Shown: positions 27,826-36,649 of the stretch, one piece after another
Position numbering within the stretch: the first letter of the stretch is position 1
How the letters are laid out: every line of letters begins with the position of its first letter
Virus record (IMG/VR): IMGVR_UViG_3300028384_000675
Location: 1-64,000 of that record
Length of the DNA stretch: 64,000 bases
From: a virus
Direction: 5' to 3' (one strand)
The notes under the pieces: generated by a model
The model's input: only the letters and a program-made list of their open reading frames with translations
What the model was told of the DNA's origin: nothing
The model's database searches: none
Position numbers and translations under genes: made by a program

Positions 27826-29631
27826 TTATACAATTCCAACAACTTCTTCGAAGTCTACGCCAGTTCTAACTGCTACGAAGTTCAATGTAACGTAGTTGAT
27901 AGAACGCGCAGGTTTCACGAAGATAGATGCGACGAATGAATTGTTGTCGATAACATCAGGCGTGTTGTTTGTTTCGTCACAAACTACACGGAAATCGCTG
28001 ATGCCACGACGACCCTTGATCTCACGCAGGAATGGTTCTACAATGTTAACAAACTCAGCACGAGTAAACTCGTCGTTGAATTCGAACATAACACCTTGCG
28101 CTGCTTGCTTGATAGCACGCTCCATCACTAGGAACAAACGGCGAACGTTGATTCGGTCGAATGCTGATGGGCGACCCAACTTAGTCTTATCTCCATAGAG
28201 CAAGATACCCTGTCCAGGAAGGTTGACGATTGGGTTAACAGATGCTTTGTACAGCGTATCGCGCTGAGTCTTAGTTGCGCTGTATGCCAATGAAGTCACG
28301 CCAAGGTATTGACCACGACGCGAACCTGCAGGCGAGAACCATGGTGCAGAAGTGAAGTCAGTTGATGCCATCAAACCTGCAGTTGAAGATGCTGCTGGGA
28401 TAAACGTATACTCATCATTGTACTTGTCATAAACTTTCAAGAAGTTATTATCGAGTACGAGGTATGATGATGCTACCTGTGCGTCTGCGAATGCCTTGAC
28501 TGAGGCGACAACTGTAGTTGGATTGTTAATACCAACAACTGCGTCACGGTGCGGAGAAGAAACAACAACACAATCTTTACGGTCTGTCGCAGTTGCCACA
28601 AGGTCAGTAATGATTGCTGTTTGATCATCTTGAGATGCCATTTGCGGTGCGATTAAGAAATCTACCTGAATCGCATCGGCGTCTTCGTATTGATTGAATG
28701 CTGTTAAATAACCATCCTTACCGACTGTTACACTAGAATCACGACCGCCCCGAGTAAGCGAGAAGTCAAGAACGTTATCTGTACCAGAAGCGCTGTCCCA
28801 CGCTGAAGCAGAAGTCAATTCTGCGTCTGTTAAATCTGCACCCCATACGTATGACGAACGATCGTTCAATACGTCAAGAATGTAGTTAGAAGAACCATCG
28901 ACAGTCTTAGCATCTGTTGCCAATGAAACGAATGGGAATGTTTCTAGAACAGTACCCTTCGAACCAGTGAGAACGCCATCTTCATCGACAACTACAACGT
29001 GCGCTTCATCATATGCATCTGCACCGTCTTGCGACAGAGCAGCAACGTAAGATGAAGTTGTTGGAGCAGCGTCGAATGCGCCGGAATATGCCCAGTTTTC
29101 GAATGCTGAATCAGCAGCGATCGCTGGAACGTAACCAGGAGCACCTGCTGAATCGCCAACTTGATCTACAGCAGCAGTTGCTGGACAAATAGAAACTGCG
29201 AGAGAGTTACCGACTGAACCAGGATACTTTGCAATGATCTGGTTATCGCTGAAGTCACCGCCATCAAACGCATCGCGATTCTTGACTTGAATGTCAATCG
29301 TTTCCGCCGCTGAGTCTTGTGTAGTTGCAAAGGTTGCTGCCGCACTGTAGTCAGAATCTGCTACTGCGCGAGTTACAAAGGTGTTTGTAGAATATTTGAG
29401 GAAGTATGCCGCAGACAAAAAGTCCGTGGAAGACGCTCCTCCTGAGAGAGAGGGTGCACCAAAATTCGCTGCCAATTCCGCTTCGTTACCGACAAGGATT
29501 GGTTGCTCCGCTGGTCCCCAATTAAAATCTCCGACTAACGCGCCAGTTGATGATGTAACTGCCGGAACAACGCCCGACAGATCAATCTCTTTGACGACGA
29601 TATTAGGAGACTCAGACAATTTGAGTGCCAT
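27826..29631 (-). CDS. gp18: Tail sheath protein (gp18)
   Basis: F.WGP, YPG..GN, PWFSPAG..RG, SAFDRINVRRLF, FEFNDEFTR, KPARSINY..LNFVA. Confidence 0.97.
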   Translation of the reverse strand: MALKLSESPNIVVKEIDLSGVVPAVTSSTGALVGDFNWGPAEQPILVGNEAELAANFGAPSLSGGASSTDFLSAAYFLKYSTNTFVTRAVADSDYSAAATFATTQDSAAETIDIQVKNRDAFDGGDFSDNQIIAKYPGSVGNSLAVSICPATAAVDQVGDSAGAPGYVPAIAADSAFENWAYSGAFDAAPTTSSYVAALSQDGADAYDEAHVVVVDEDGVLTGSKGTVLETFPFVSLATDAKTVDGSSNYILDVLNDRSSYVWGADLTDAELTSASAWDSASGTDNVLDFSLTRGGRDSSVTVGKDGYLTAFNQYEDADAIQVDFLIAPQMASQDDQTAIITDLVATATDRKDCVVVSSPHRDAVVGINNPTTVVASVKAFADAQVASSYLVLDNNFLKVYDKYNDEYTFIPAASSTAGLMASTDFTSAPWFSPAGSRRGQYLGVTSLAYSATKTQRDTLYKASVNPIVNLPGQGILLYGDKTKLGRPSAFDRINVRRLFLVMERAIKQAAQGVMFEFNDEFTRAEFVNIVEPFLREIKGRRGISDFRVVCDETNNTPDVIDNNSFVASIFVKPARSINYVTLNFVAVRTGVDFEEVVGIV

Positions 29632-29701
29632 AATCGTGTCCTTTTTTTCGTTAAGTTATGATAAGATTTCATAATACGGTGTATTTCTTTCAATCATTCA
29701 T

Positions 29702-29709
29702 TATTTATA
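29702..29709 (-). promoter_or_regulatory. Late promoter for gp18/gp19
   Basis: TATAAATA. Confidence 0.8.
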
Positions 29710-29720
29710 CTTAACGCTTT

Positions 29721-30827
29721 TTAGAGATCATATGGGTCGAACAGTTGCCACGGTTCGTATTTCATCCTTTCTTGTTCTTCGATTTGCTGAATTGCGTCGC
29801 TACCGTCGTCAATAAAACCGAACGGAACGATGTCGTCTTCGATCTGTCTCATCTGTTGTTCGAACATCATCTGCTTTAGGTTGATGTCTGTCATATCAGC
29901 GAACATCTGAGTTGTAATGAAGTACCCTAGCATCACGAGGTTCATCATGAGGTCGTCGTGGTTTCCTTCGCTTGCTTCGTATGACACTCCTTTCGATACA
30001 AAGGTAGACACTTCCATGATCGTATCTTCGTCAACAATCTCAAGCTTTTTCTCTTCTAGCAAATCTTTAATACCCGAGCAACCGAGACGCTTGACCCTTC
30101 GTGTCATCTCAATACCAATAGCATTCGCTTTCACGGCAGACTCTACGTGTACGTTCTCGTACTCCAGATCGTAGTACAGACCATTACAGACGACTGCGCC
30201 CTGATCGTTCGACTCAATTACGACGTATGCATTGTTGTATGCTTTCGCGATTTTATATATAATATCAGGGAAGAGTATTGGAGAAATAGTGTTGTTCCGA
30301 TACGCAGCGACCTGACGAAACGGGCGTGTGGCAATGTCGATAACTGTAAAAGTCGAATAGTCCTGTCCTCTTCCTTTCGCTACGTCAACAGTCATGAGAT
30401 ATTCATGACTGGGTTGTGTTTCTTCGTATACGTTGAGGCAACCATTCTCCAATACTTTGATCGGTGGCAGTGCCCTAAGATTCAATAGAGTTTCTGCGCC
30501 GATCAAAGTATCCCCCGTTCCGAAGAACGTGTTGTGGGAAGTAAACGATTTATCGTGATTATAAACTTTGCCGTTTTCTACATTCAGCGGGTCATAAAAA
30601 TATTGCCCCTCGCAAACTTCCCTACGAACAACAACCTTTCCTATGTCATCTCCGGAGAAAATATCTTTGGCAAACTTGACTTGACTGGTAATAACAAATT
30701 TATGATTGATTGCGGTGCAAAGTTCAGTGCCGTCTTCGAATACAAAACGAAACCCATAATCATGCCAATAACGATTTACACCATGAAATTTTTGAAATCC
30801 AGAAGGTGTTAAGATTTGTATATCGAT
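29721..30827 (-). CDS. gp17: Split-intein C-fragment fused to terminase large subunit C-terminal (nuclease) half; start codon uncertain (candidate ATC 30827)
   Basis: Open frame from 30842 (after TAG): NGEAPIDIQILTPSGF...TAINHKF...YDPLNVENG...SHN|TFFGTGDTLIGAE...DVAKGRGQDYS...IESND...HDDLMM. Confidence 0.85.
   Translation of the reverse strand: MDIQILTPSGFQKFHGVNRYWHDYGFRFVFEDGTELCTAINHKFVITSQVKFAKDIFSGDDIGKVVVRREVCEGQYFYDPLNVENGKVYNHDKSFTSHNTFFGTGDTLIGAETLLNLRALPPIKVLENGCLNVYEETQPSHEYLMTVDVAKGRGQDYSTFTVIDIATRPFRQVAAYRNNTISPILFPDIIYKIAKAYNNAYVVIESNDQGAVVCNGLYYDLEYENVHVESAVKANAIGIEMTRRVKRLGCSGIKDLLEEKKLEIVDEDTIMEVSTFVSKGVSYEASEGNHDDLMMNLVMLGYFITTQMFADMTDINLKQMMFEQQMRQIEDDIVPFGFIDDGSDAIQQIEEQERMKYEPWQLFDPYDL
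30531..30827 (-). mobile_element. Split intein, IntC (~99 aa)
   Basis: Block B TxxxH (TAINH), block F (FYDPLNVE), block G terminal His-Asn then Thr+1. Confidence 0.9.
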
Positions 30828-31531
30828 GGGAGCCTCTCCGTTCTAGTTTTTCCAGACACTATATCTGCAATGCATTTCGCAGTAACATTATAATACTCGC
30901 AATATTTTCTGGCGAATGTAGAGTATGGAGTTATCGGTTTCCAACCAGAATTTTTCTTTCTTCTTTCTTCGTTAATCGGTATCAGTTCTTCTCTTATTTT
31001 ATCTAGTTCTTTCGCAAAAGTATCTCTGATCTCATCAACTTGATTGTCTGTCAATTTTGGCGGTCTTAATCTTTTTCCTGATTTGGATTCTTTTTGTTTT
31101 TTAATATATTCTGGGTTTTTGTAATTTTCTTTACTTCTCTTTGACCTTATGTGAAATCCTTCTCTTTTTGCGCGTTTTTTTGCTGACTCAGACATTTTTT
31201 TTCTTTGTTCGTCAGAAAACTTATATCCCAATGTTGTGAAGTTAGGCGAGTTGTGCCCATACCCTTTACCAGAAGGAGATTCGTTCAACCCATTATTAAA
31301 CGTATCAAGGGAATTAATCCAATACTCTTCTCTTCCTTCAATATAGTTTCGGTCGTTAGATTCTTCAAGTATTTGTACATCGAAATCGTCACCTTTAAAA
31401 CGATTAGACCTTTTGTGATCGCCCATTCGAATCTTGAATCTACGTTGTATGGTAATCCCAACGTATTGCTTTGAGTCTGACTTCCTCTTCAAAAGATAAA
31501 CCAAGTGTTTCTCTTGTTCTGATACAGTCAT
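30809..31531 (-). mobile_element. Free-standing GIY-YIG homing endonuclease (Seg-like, NUMOD3 + HTH)
   Basis: VYLL...QYVGIT...R...H, E.YWI...DTF.NGLN, GYKFSDEQRKKMS. AT-rich relative to flanks. Confidence 0.88.
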
Positions 31532-31604
31532 AAAAATCGCCTATTCTTATTTCGTATATAATATTATTTATAAGAACAGTTATTTGAGAACGACTTTCTA
31601 GGCA
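31440..31604 (-). mobile_element. Split intein, IntN (block A only; 54 aa including tail)
   Basis: Cys1 at 31602-31604: CLESRSQITVLINNIIYEIRIGDFY. Confidence 0.88.
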
Positions 31605-32411
31605 ATTACCAAATTCTTGGTCGAACTGTAATTGCGAAGTGTTTGAAATTGTTTGTCGTTTCCACTCCTCGTCTCGACCAGGAACGTCCCACCAATTTAC
31701 CGTGAATGCTTTGTACTCATTAACCTTTTGTACAGCACCTTCCCATATTTTATGATAGGTGTTTCCGATACCATTCGCTGTAGATGTAATAATAACTTTC
31801 GTATCTTTACCAGATGAGATAACAGGATAGGTTGAAGTATAGAACTCAGCAGCACGCTCAACAAACGCAAACTCGTCCAGAAAAAGCAGGTTAACAGACA
31901 TACCACGTATAGAAGAACCAGAGGTGGCAGCAGCAATAATGCGAGAATTATTACTAAACTCAATTGAACCTTTATTAAGAGCGCGACACCCTGGCTGTAG
32001 AAAAAACGGTAAATTTTCAAGCGCCAAGGTGACTCTGGCGAGCATCTCTCGAGCGGTTGCACCTTTGTTAGCGAGGACAGCGATCGTCTTCTCAGGGTGA
32101 AATATAGCATACCATAATAGATAAACAACGGATGAAATAGACTTACCACTTTGTCGACAGGCGAGGACGATCGAGAAACGATTATCATTAAAGTGGTCAA
32201 ACATATTTTCTTGATATGGGTAAAGGTCAAAGTTGACAAGTCCTTTATCGAGAGAAATGATTTTTACATATGTTCGTGCAAAATATGCAGGATCTTTCAT
32301 ACATTTAGCATACTCAACGACCTGTTCTTCAGTCCATTGTTGTTGTACGCCATCCCGTTTTACATTAATATTACCAAGGTAACTATCATTCATCCTGATC
32401 GCTAGCATCAA
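31440..32411 (-). CDS. gp17: Terminase large subunit N-terminal (ATPase) half fused to split-intein N-fragment
   Basis: LYPYQ, CRQSGKS, IRG.S.NLLFLDEFAF, ITSTANG, WWDVPGRD..W, QEFGN|CLESRSQI. Confidence 0.95.
   Translation of the reverse strand: MMLAIRMNDSYLGNINVKRDGVQQQWTEEQVVEYAKCMKDPAYFARTYVKIISLDKGLVNFDLYPYQENMFDHFNDNRFSIVLACRQSGKSISSVVYLLWYAIFHPEKTIAVLANKGATAREMLARVTLALENLPFFLQPGCRALNKGSIEFSNNSRIIAAATSGSSIRGMSVNLLFLDEFAFVERAAEFYTSTYPVISSGKDTKVIITSTANGIGNTYHKIWEGAVQKVNEYKAFTVNWWDVPGRDEEWKRQTISNTSQLQFDQEFGNCLESRSQITVLINNIIYEIRIGDFYDCIRTRETLGLSFEEEVRLKAIRWDYHTT
31565..31572 (-). promoter_or_regulatory. Late promoter inside IntN coding sequence, upstream of endonuclease
   Basis: TATAAATA about 35 nt upstream of the ATG at 31531. 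Confidence 0.7.
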
Positions 32412-32742
32412 TCACCTTCTCATCATTTTGTTGCAGTAGTCTCTGCAGGTCAGTGGTACTTCCTATGAAAACATTATTATTAGTGATTGCCTTTTGTTCT
32501 TCTTTCTTAGGATCGCTCATTATATCCATGTTCTTTTTATTTAGATCCATCAGTTTGTCGGTCACATCAGCGATGTTCTTGATCATGCCGGATAGAACCT
32601 CGAACGCACGTGGGTGCTCGCTCTCGCGCGCGACCTCCATCATTAGGTCCATGCCACGTTTACCGTTCTCAATTAAATCAAGATATGTATCGCGAGAGGT
32701 TTCATAATCGTCTTTGATGTTTTTCTTATCTTGATCTGTCAT
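32386..32742 (-). CDS. gp16: Terminase small subunit (gp16)
   Basis: DDY...R, ESEHPRAFEV, NNNVFIGSTTDLQRLL. Confidence 0.95.
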   Translation of the reverse strand: MTDQDKKNIKDDYETSRDTYLDLIENGKRGMDLMMEVARESEHPRAFEVLSGMIKNIADVTDKLMDLNKKNMDIMSDPKKEEQKAITNNNVFIGSTTDLQRLLQQNDEKVIDASDQDE

Positions 32743-35700
32743 ACTGGTTCTCCTCCTTCAAACGCTTCATATGCTTCAAGCAATACAAGCCAACTGTCGG
32801 AATTACTAGGGTTTGAAGTTTCGCGAATCTCAAACAAAATCTGCAGGTCTGCCATAAAATTGGGATCAGTAACTGTTATGGACCAAGTTCTGTTCTGATC
32901 CAGCGTTTCCCAACTGCCGAAACTTCCAGTAGCAACTCCGGAGTAATAATTACGAGTCGCTTTGATTACATAATCTCCTGCACTCGTTGGCAGGTTAGTG
33001 GTTGGATCTAACCAAGTTCCAACTGTGTTTGTAACAAATTGATTGAACGGGTTGGAACTCATAATATCACCATCAGGTTCGAACCTGACAGTTGTCGTTA
33101 CTGACTGACTGTTTCCAGACGTAGTGATACCAAAAGGTTTGTTGGATATCTCAACAATATCTGCTTGGGTTGTGTCATTAATATTAATTAATCGTGAAGC
33201 GAGTAGTGAACCGACATGAGAATCGTAAACACCGAACGTATAAACGTCATCTGATAGATCAGAATCTTCTGCTACGTCGACTCGAAATGTTCCTGAGTTT
33301 GAGGAGACGCTAAATGAACCTGATGCTTCATATATGTCATCAAAGTCTTCGAACACTTCAGGTTGCGCGAAGTGAAAATCGTATCCGACTGGTAATGAAG
33401 AAAGCGGAACTGCGTTACTCATAGTCACGCCAGATCCAGGAGATATACTCACGATAGTTCCAGGAACATCCGGAGTGTTAGACTCCATACCCAGCGCGAG
33501 GTTGGAAGTGTCTTCAAGATATATGAAGAATGTTCCTTGAGGAACGACCTGATCTGTTCTGACCGGATATATGTTTGATGTACGATAATAATATGTGCCA
33601 TCAGTAATATTTGTGCCGTCAAACGTAAAGTTAATCGTGTCACCTTCGTTGGCAGAATCATTAGCGAGGTCAGTCGATAAAGAATAAACGGATGCTTCGT
33701 CAGATAGAACAAAGGTATCTGATGCCAAAAACAATCCATTAGCACTATCGAGTCTTAACGTCACTGTTCCTGTCAAATCTCCATGACCAATATCATCTGA
33801 GGTCGTAACGAACTGAGTAATAGTCGGTGTTGAATTTACAACAGCAGTTTTAGAAGTTATAGGGAACCTGCTTGTTATTCCAGCACTGCCAGTGATCGCA
33901 AAATGAACCGCTTCATTTTGTGCTCTATCTGCTATAGTGCTAATGGTGAACAGATTTCCCTCTGTCACATTGAACGCATCTGCAGTGTACGTCGGAATAC
34001 TTGTGTCAAGGATTGTAATCGTTGGTGATTCAGCAAGCGCACCGCCTCCTGCTGTTTTAGAAACCAGAACTTTGTATGTCTCAGTACCTTCGCGGAGAAG
34101 ATCTTCGTTCAGATCAGCAAAGATTGTACCATAACTTGTAGAAACGGTAAACGCTTGTTTTGCCGAAACAGGAGCGAACCCAGAAACGAAATCGTCGGAG
34201 GTTATATTGTCCCCTTGAAACCAGTAATAGTATGTTCCGTCGGAATCGGTCGTATAGAACGAAACAGTCTGTACCACTTTCGATTCATTGATCTCTAGGT
34301 TGGCGCTGTCCAAACTTAATTGATACACGCGGTTTCCTGCGATGGTGTAGTCTAGCGTTGCGAGTTCAGTTCCGGTAGTTGTTTCTACCACTGCAGTAAA
34401 TGTTTCTGGGTCGAGGTCACCGTTAGTCGCAAACTGAAGTAGCGGTGAAGGGGAACTGACGCCGCCTGACATGGTGATGGTGTCAGGAGAACCTGATTGC
34501 GGAACCGTTCCCACGAAATCTGCAGCAGAAGTTTCCCCAAAATTGATATAAAAGTTCACATCTGAGTCAGGGATATTTGTACCGCCGATCTCATATGATA
34601 CCGAATCGCCTTCGGTCGCAATCGCAAAAGAAGGCGTGATGGTATAAACAGGTGCCTGATCTAAAATATCAAAGGTATCGTTGGCAGTAAATCCTAGGTC
34701 AGAAGTAAACGAGACAGTTCCTGCCGTTGGACCTTGATATGTGAGTAGAGAAGTTGTGTTAGACAGAAAGTAAGTATCGTTGACACCCGTAACTGTAAAC
34801 GAACCAGAAGAAGATAACAAGCGCGAATCTGAAGCAGCAGCGCCTGTAACGCTCCAGTTAACTGTGTCCCCGATTGTTGTCGAATCAACTGACAGTGAAG
34901 CGAGAAGCGGATTGCCTTCCACTGGATCGTCGACAGTCAGATCAAACGTTGGAATTGTATCAGAAACAGTAATTAAAACAGAACCTTTCGCTATGCCGCC
35001 ACTCGCTTCAGTTTGTAGTGAAACTGTAAAAGTTTCGTTATCGTCTACAACATTGTCAACCATTGTTCTCAGCGAGAATGAACCGTTGCTGTTTAATATA
35101 GAAAACGGTTGCGCGGCAGTGGACATTGGCGGTGCAACTGTGAAGTCCGAGTCTGAGGTTGTACCATGCGTAACGTAATAGTACAACGTTGTGTTGCCGT
35201 TATTCGGTACGTCTGTTCCGGCAATATCAAATGTTATGATATCGCCCTCGCTTGGTGTAGCAGACGATGGTGTGATAACATATGAAGAAACAACATCGTT
35301 CAGATTAATTAATGACTGACCCTTTACACGTTCTTCGTCATCAATTACAAATACATTGAACTGCTCAACGCCTTCTGCTTCATCAGAATCTGTTCTAGTT
35401 GGAATAGAAAACTTACCGACCGCAGTACCAGCACTGTCATTTATTTCAAAGTATGATGGCGACAATATGCTCGGCGGAGGCGATACGAAATCTGAGTCAG
35501 ATGTAGAAATATGATCCACATAATAATAAAGCGCATCTGTATTATCTGGCACATCAGTTCCGCTCACTGTAAACTTAAATAATGTTCCCTCGTCTTCAGA
35601 GTCAGAGGGTGATACCCCTATAGAATATGATGAGGTAATCCTCTGAGAGACTGCAGAGTCGTCCATGCGCGTACTTACCAGAGACTGTACCGTATCCTCT

Positions 35701-36317
35701 AGTAATACTTCTCCGGCGAGGTACATACCTGCAGGGTGTACGAACAGTTTGAACAAGTCTTTCCACTGCGATATGGGAACACTAGCACGAACCAAAAGTG
35801 CAAACGTTTGATACAGTTCATCATTGGTTAAATAGCGCAGAGAGTCGGCGCCAATCCTTGAGTTGACGTCGCCGACCTTAAATATATTTTCTTTTGGATA
35901 CACTACCTCGGCATCAATCCCGTAGAAAGAACGGAAGAACCATTCGATAGCGAACCGTGTCCCCTTTGAGCGGAACATAATATTCGAGAAGTTAGCAGCA
36001 GCACGTAGTTGCGCCTCGCGCTCTTGCGGGGTTGCGTCTTGATTCGCGAACCCTTGGAAATATGAACCACCAAGTAACAACTCGTCTTCGATAAATGAAA
36101 GCAAATCTATCTCAGTTTCATTGATATCGCGCGCAGCGAATAAGTGATTGAGCATCTCTGTTGAGGAACCGTCAGAGTCCATGAATTCATAGTAGTGTTC
36201 GAGCAACGAAATAAATTTCGGATATGATGCCGCAAAGTGTTCAGGAAGAACACCGCCTACTTTCGCAGTGCGTAGATTTATATGCCTACGTTTCTTGTCT
36301 AGAAAATGATTATGCAC
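32739..36317 (-). CDS. Baseplate wedge-like protein (gp7-like N-terminus) with repeated Calx-beta/Ig-like domains
   Basis: YPKFISLLEHYYEF, SKGT....WFFR..YG, VHPAGM, then repeated EG..I.F...GT..P and T...DF domains. Confidence 0.7.
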   Translation of the reverse strand: MHNHFLDKKRRHINLRTAKVGGVLPEHFAASYPKFISLLEHYYEFMDSDGSSTEMLNHLFAARDINETEIDLLSFIEDELLLGGSYFQGFANQDATPQEREAQLRAAANFSNIMFRSKGTRFAIEWFFRSFYGIDAEVVYPKENIFKVGDVNSRIGADSLRYLTNDELYQTFALLVRASVPISQWKDLFKLFVHPAGMYLAGEVLLEDTVQSLVSTRMDDSAVSQRITSSYSIGVSPSDSEDEGTLFKFTVSGTDVPDNTDALYYYVDHISTSDSDFVSPPPSILSPSYFEINDSAGTAVGKFSIPTRTDSDEAEGVEQFNVFVIDDEERVKGQSLINLNDVVSSYVITPSSATPSEGDIITFDIAGTDVPNNGNTTLYYYVTHGTTSDSDFTVAPPMSTAAQPFSILNSNGSFSLRTMVDNVVDDNETFTVSLQTEASGGIAKGSVLITVSDTIPTFDLTVDDPVEGNPLLASLSVDSTTIGDTVNWSVTGAAASDSRLLSSSGSFTVTGVNDTYFLSNTTSLLTYQGPTAGTVSFTSDLGFTANDTFDILDQAPVYTITPSFAIATEGDSVSYEIGGTNIPDSDVNFYINFGETSAADFVGTVPQSGSPDTITMSGGVSSPSPLLQFATNGDLDPETFTAVVETTTGTELATLDYTIAGNRVYQLSLDSANLEINESKVVQTVSFYTTDSDGTYYYWFQGDNITSDDFVSGFAPVSAKQAFTVSTSYGTIFADLNEDLLREGTETYKVLVSKTAGGGALAESPTITILDTSIPTYTADAFNVTEGNLFTISTIADRAQNEAVHFAITGSAGITSRFPITSKTAVVNSTPTITQFVTTSDDIGHGDLTGTVTLRLDSANGLFLASDTFVLSDEASVYSLSTDLANDSANEGDTINFTFDGTNITDGTYYYRTSNIYPVRTDQVVPQGTFFIYLEDTSNLALGMESNTPDVPGTIVSISPGSGVTMSNAVPLSSLPVGYDFHFAQPEVFEDFDDIYEASGSFSVSSNSGTFRVDVAEDSDLSDDVYTFGVYDSHVGSLLASRLININDTTQADIVEISNKPFGITTSGNSQSVTTTVRFEPDGDIMSSNPFNQFVTNTVGTWLDPTTNLPTSAGDYVIKATRNYYSGVATGSFGSWETLDQNRTWSITVTDPNFMADLQILFEIRETSNPSNSDSWLVLLEAYEAFEGGEPV

Positions 36318-36323
36318 AACGAA

Positions 36324-36638
36324 TCACCAAGGGAGTCCGGAAGCAACTCTTAAAAATTCTTCAGATTCGACTCTATATCTAAATTCTACTTCCTCTTCGG
36401 TGTCTCTTTTCAGTTTAGAATTCGAGTGAATCCAATCTAATACCACCTCTTCTGTCAAACTATCATATTCCACAAATGAAGAGTCTTGAGAATCCGGATT
36501 AAAAATTGTCATTCCCTCATAATCAACAGAAAATATGCTGCCATCGAGGTCTTCAGATTTTGTACATTTCCAGCGGACGGCGAAAACGCCACCGTCCGAA
36601 ATATTCCTGTCCATCGAGACAATAGTCCATGTTATCAT
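36324..36638 (-). CDS. Tail-fibre-associated small protein
   Basis: W.I..M.R...GGV..V.W ... F..YD.LTEE.VL.W ... G.PW pattern typical of fibre-adjacent ORFs. Confidence 0.7.
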   Translation of the reverse strand: MITWTIVSMDRNISDGGVFAVRWKCTKSEDLDGSIFSVDYEGMTIFNPDSQDSSFVEYDSLTEEVVLDWIHSNSKLKRDTEEEVEFRYRVESEEFLRVASGLPW

Positions 36639-36649
36639 TTCTATATCCT

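Noticed and set aside
29721-30506. Track start (TTG 30506) as the true start of an independent terminase C-subunit
   Set aside because: It lies 8 codons inside the extein and would omit the intact upstream IntC needed for splicing.
30839-31445. Gene-60-style ribosomal bypass from ACG-TAG (end of N-half) to ACG at 30839-30841
   Set aside because: The matching ACG is in the endonuclease frame, not the IntC frame, and a ~600-nt hop is far beyond known bypasses.
30809-31604. Group I intron in the terminase gene
   Set aside because: The interval is entirely coding (IntN, endonuclease and IntC overlap), leaving no room for a ribozyme core. Intein motifs explain the split.
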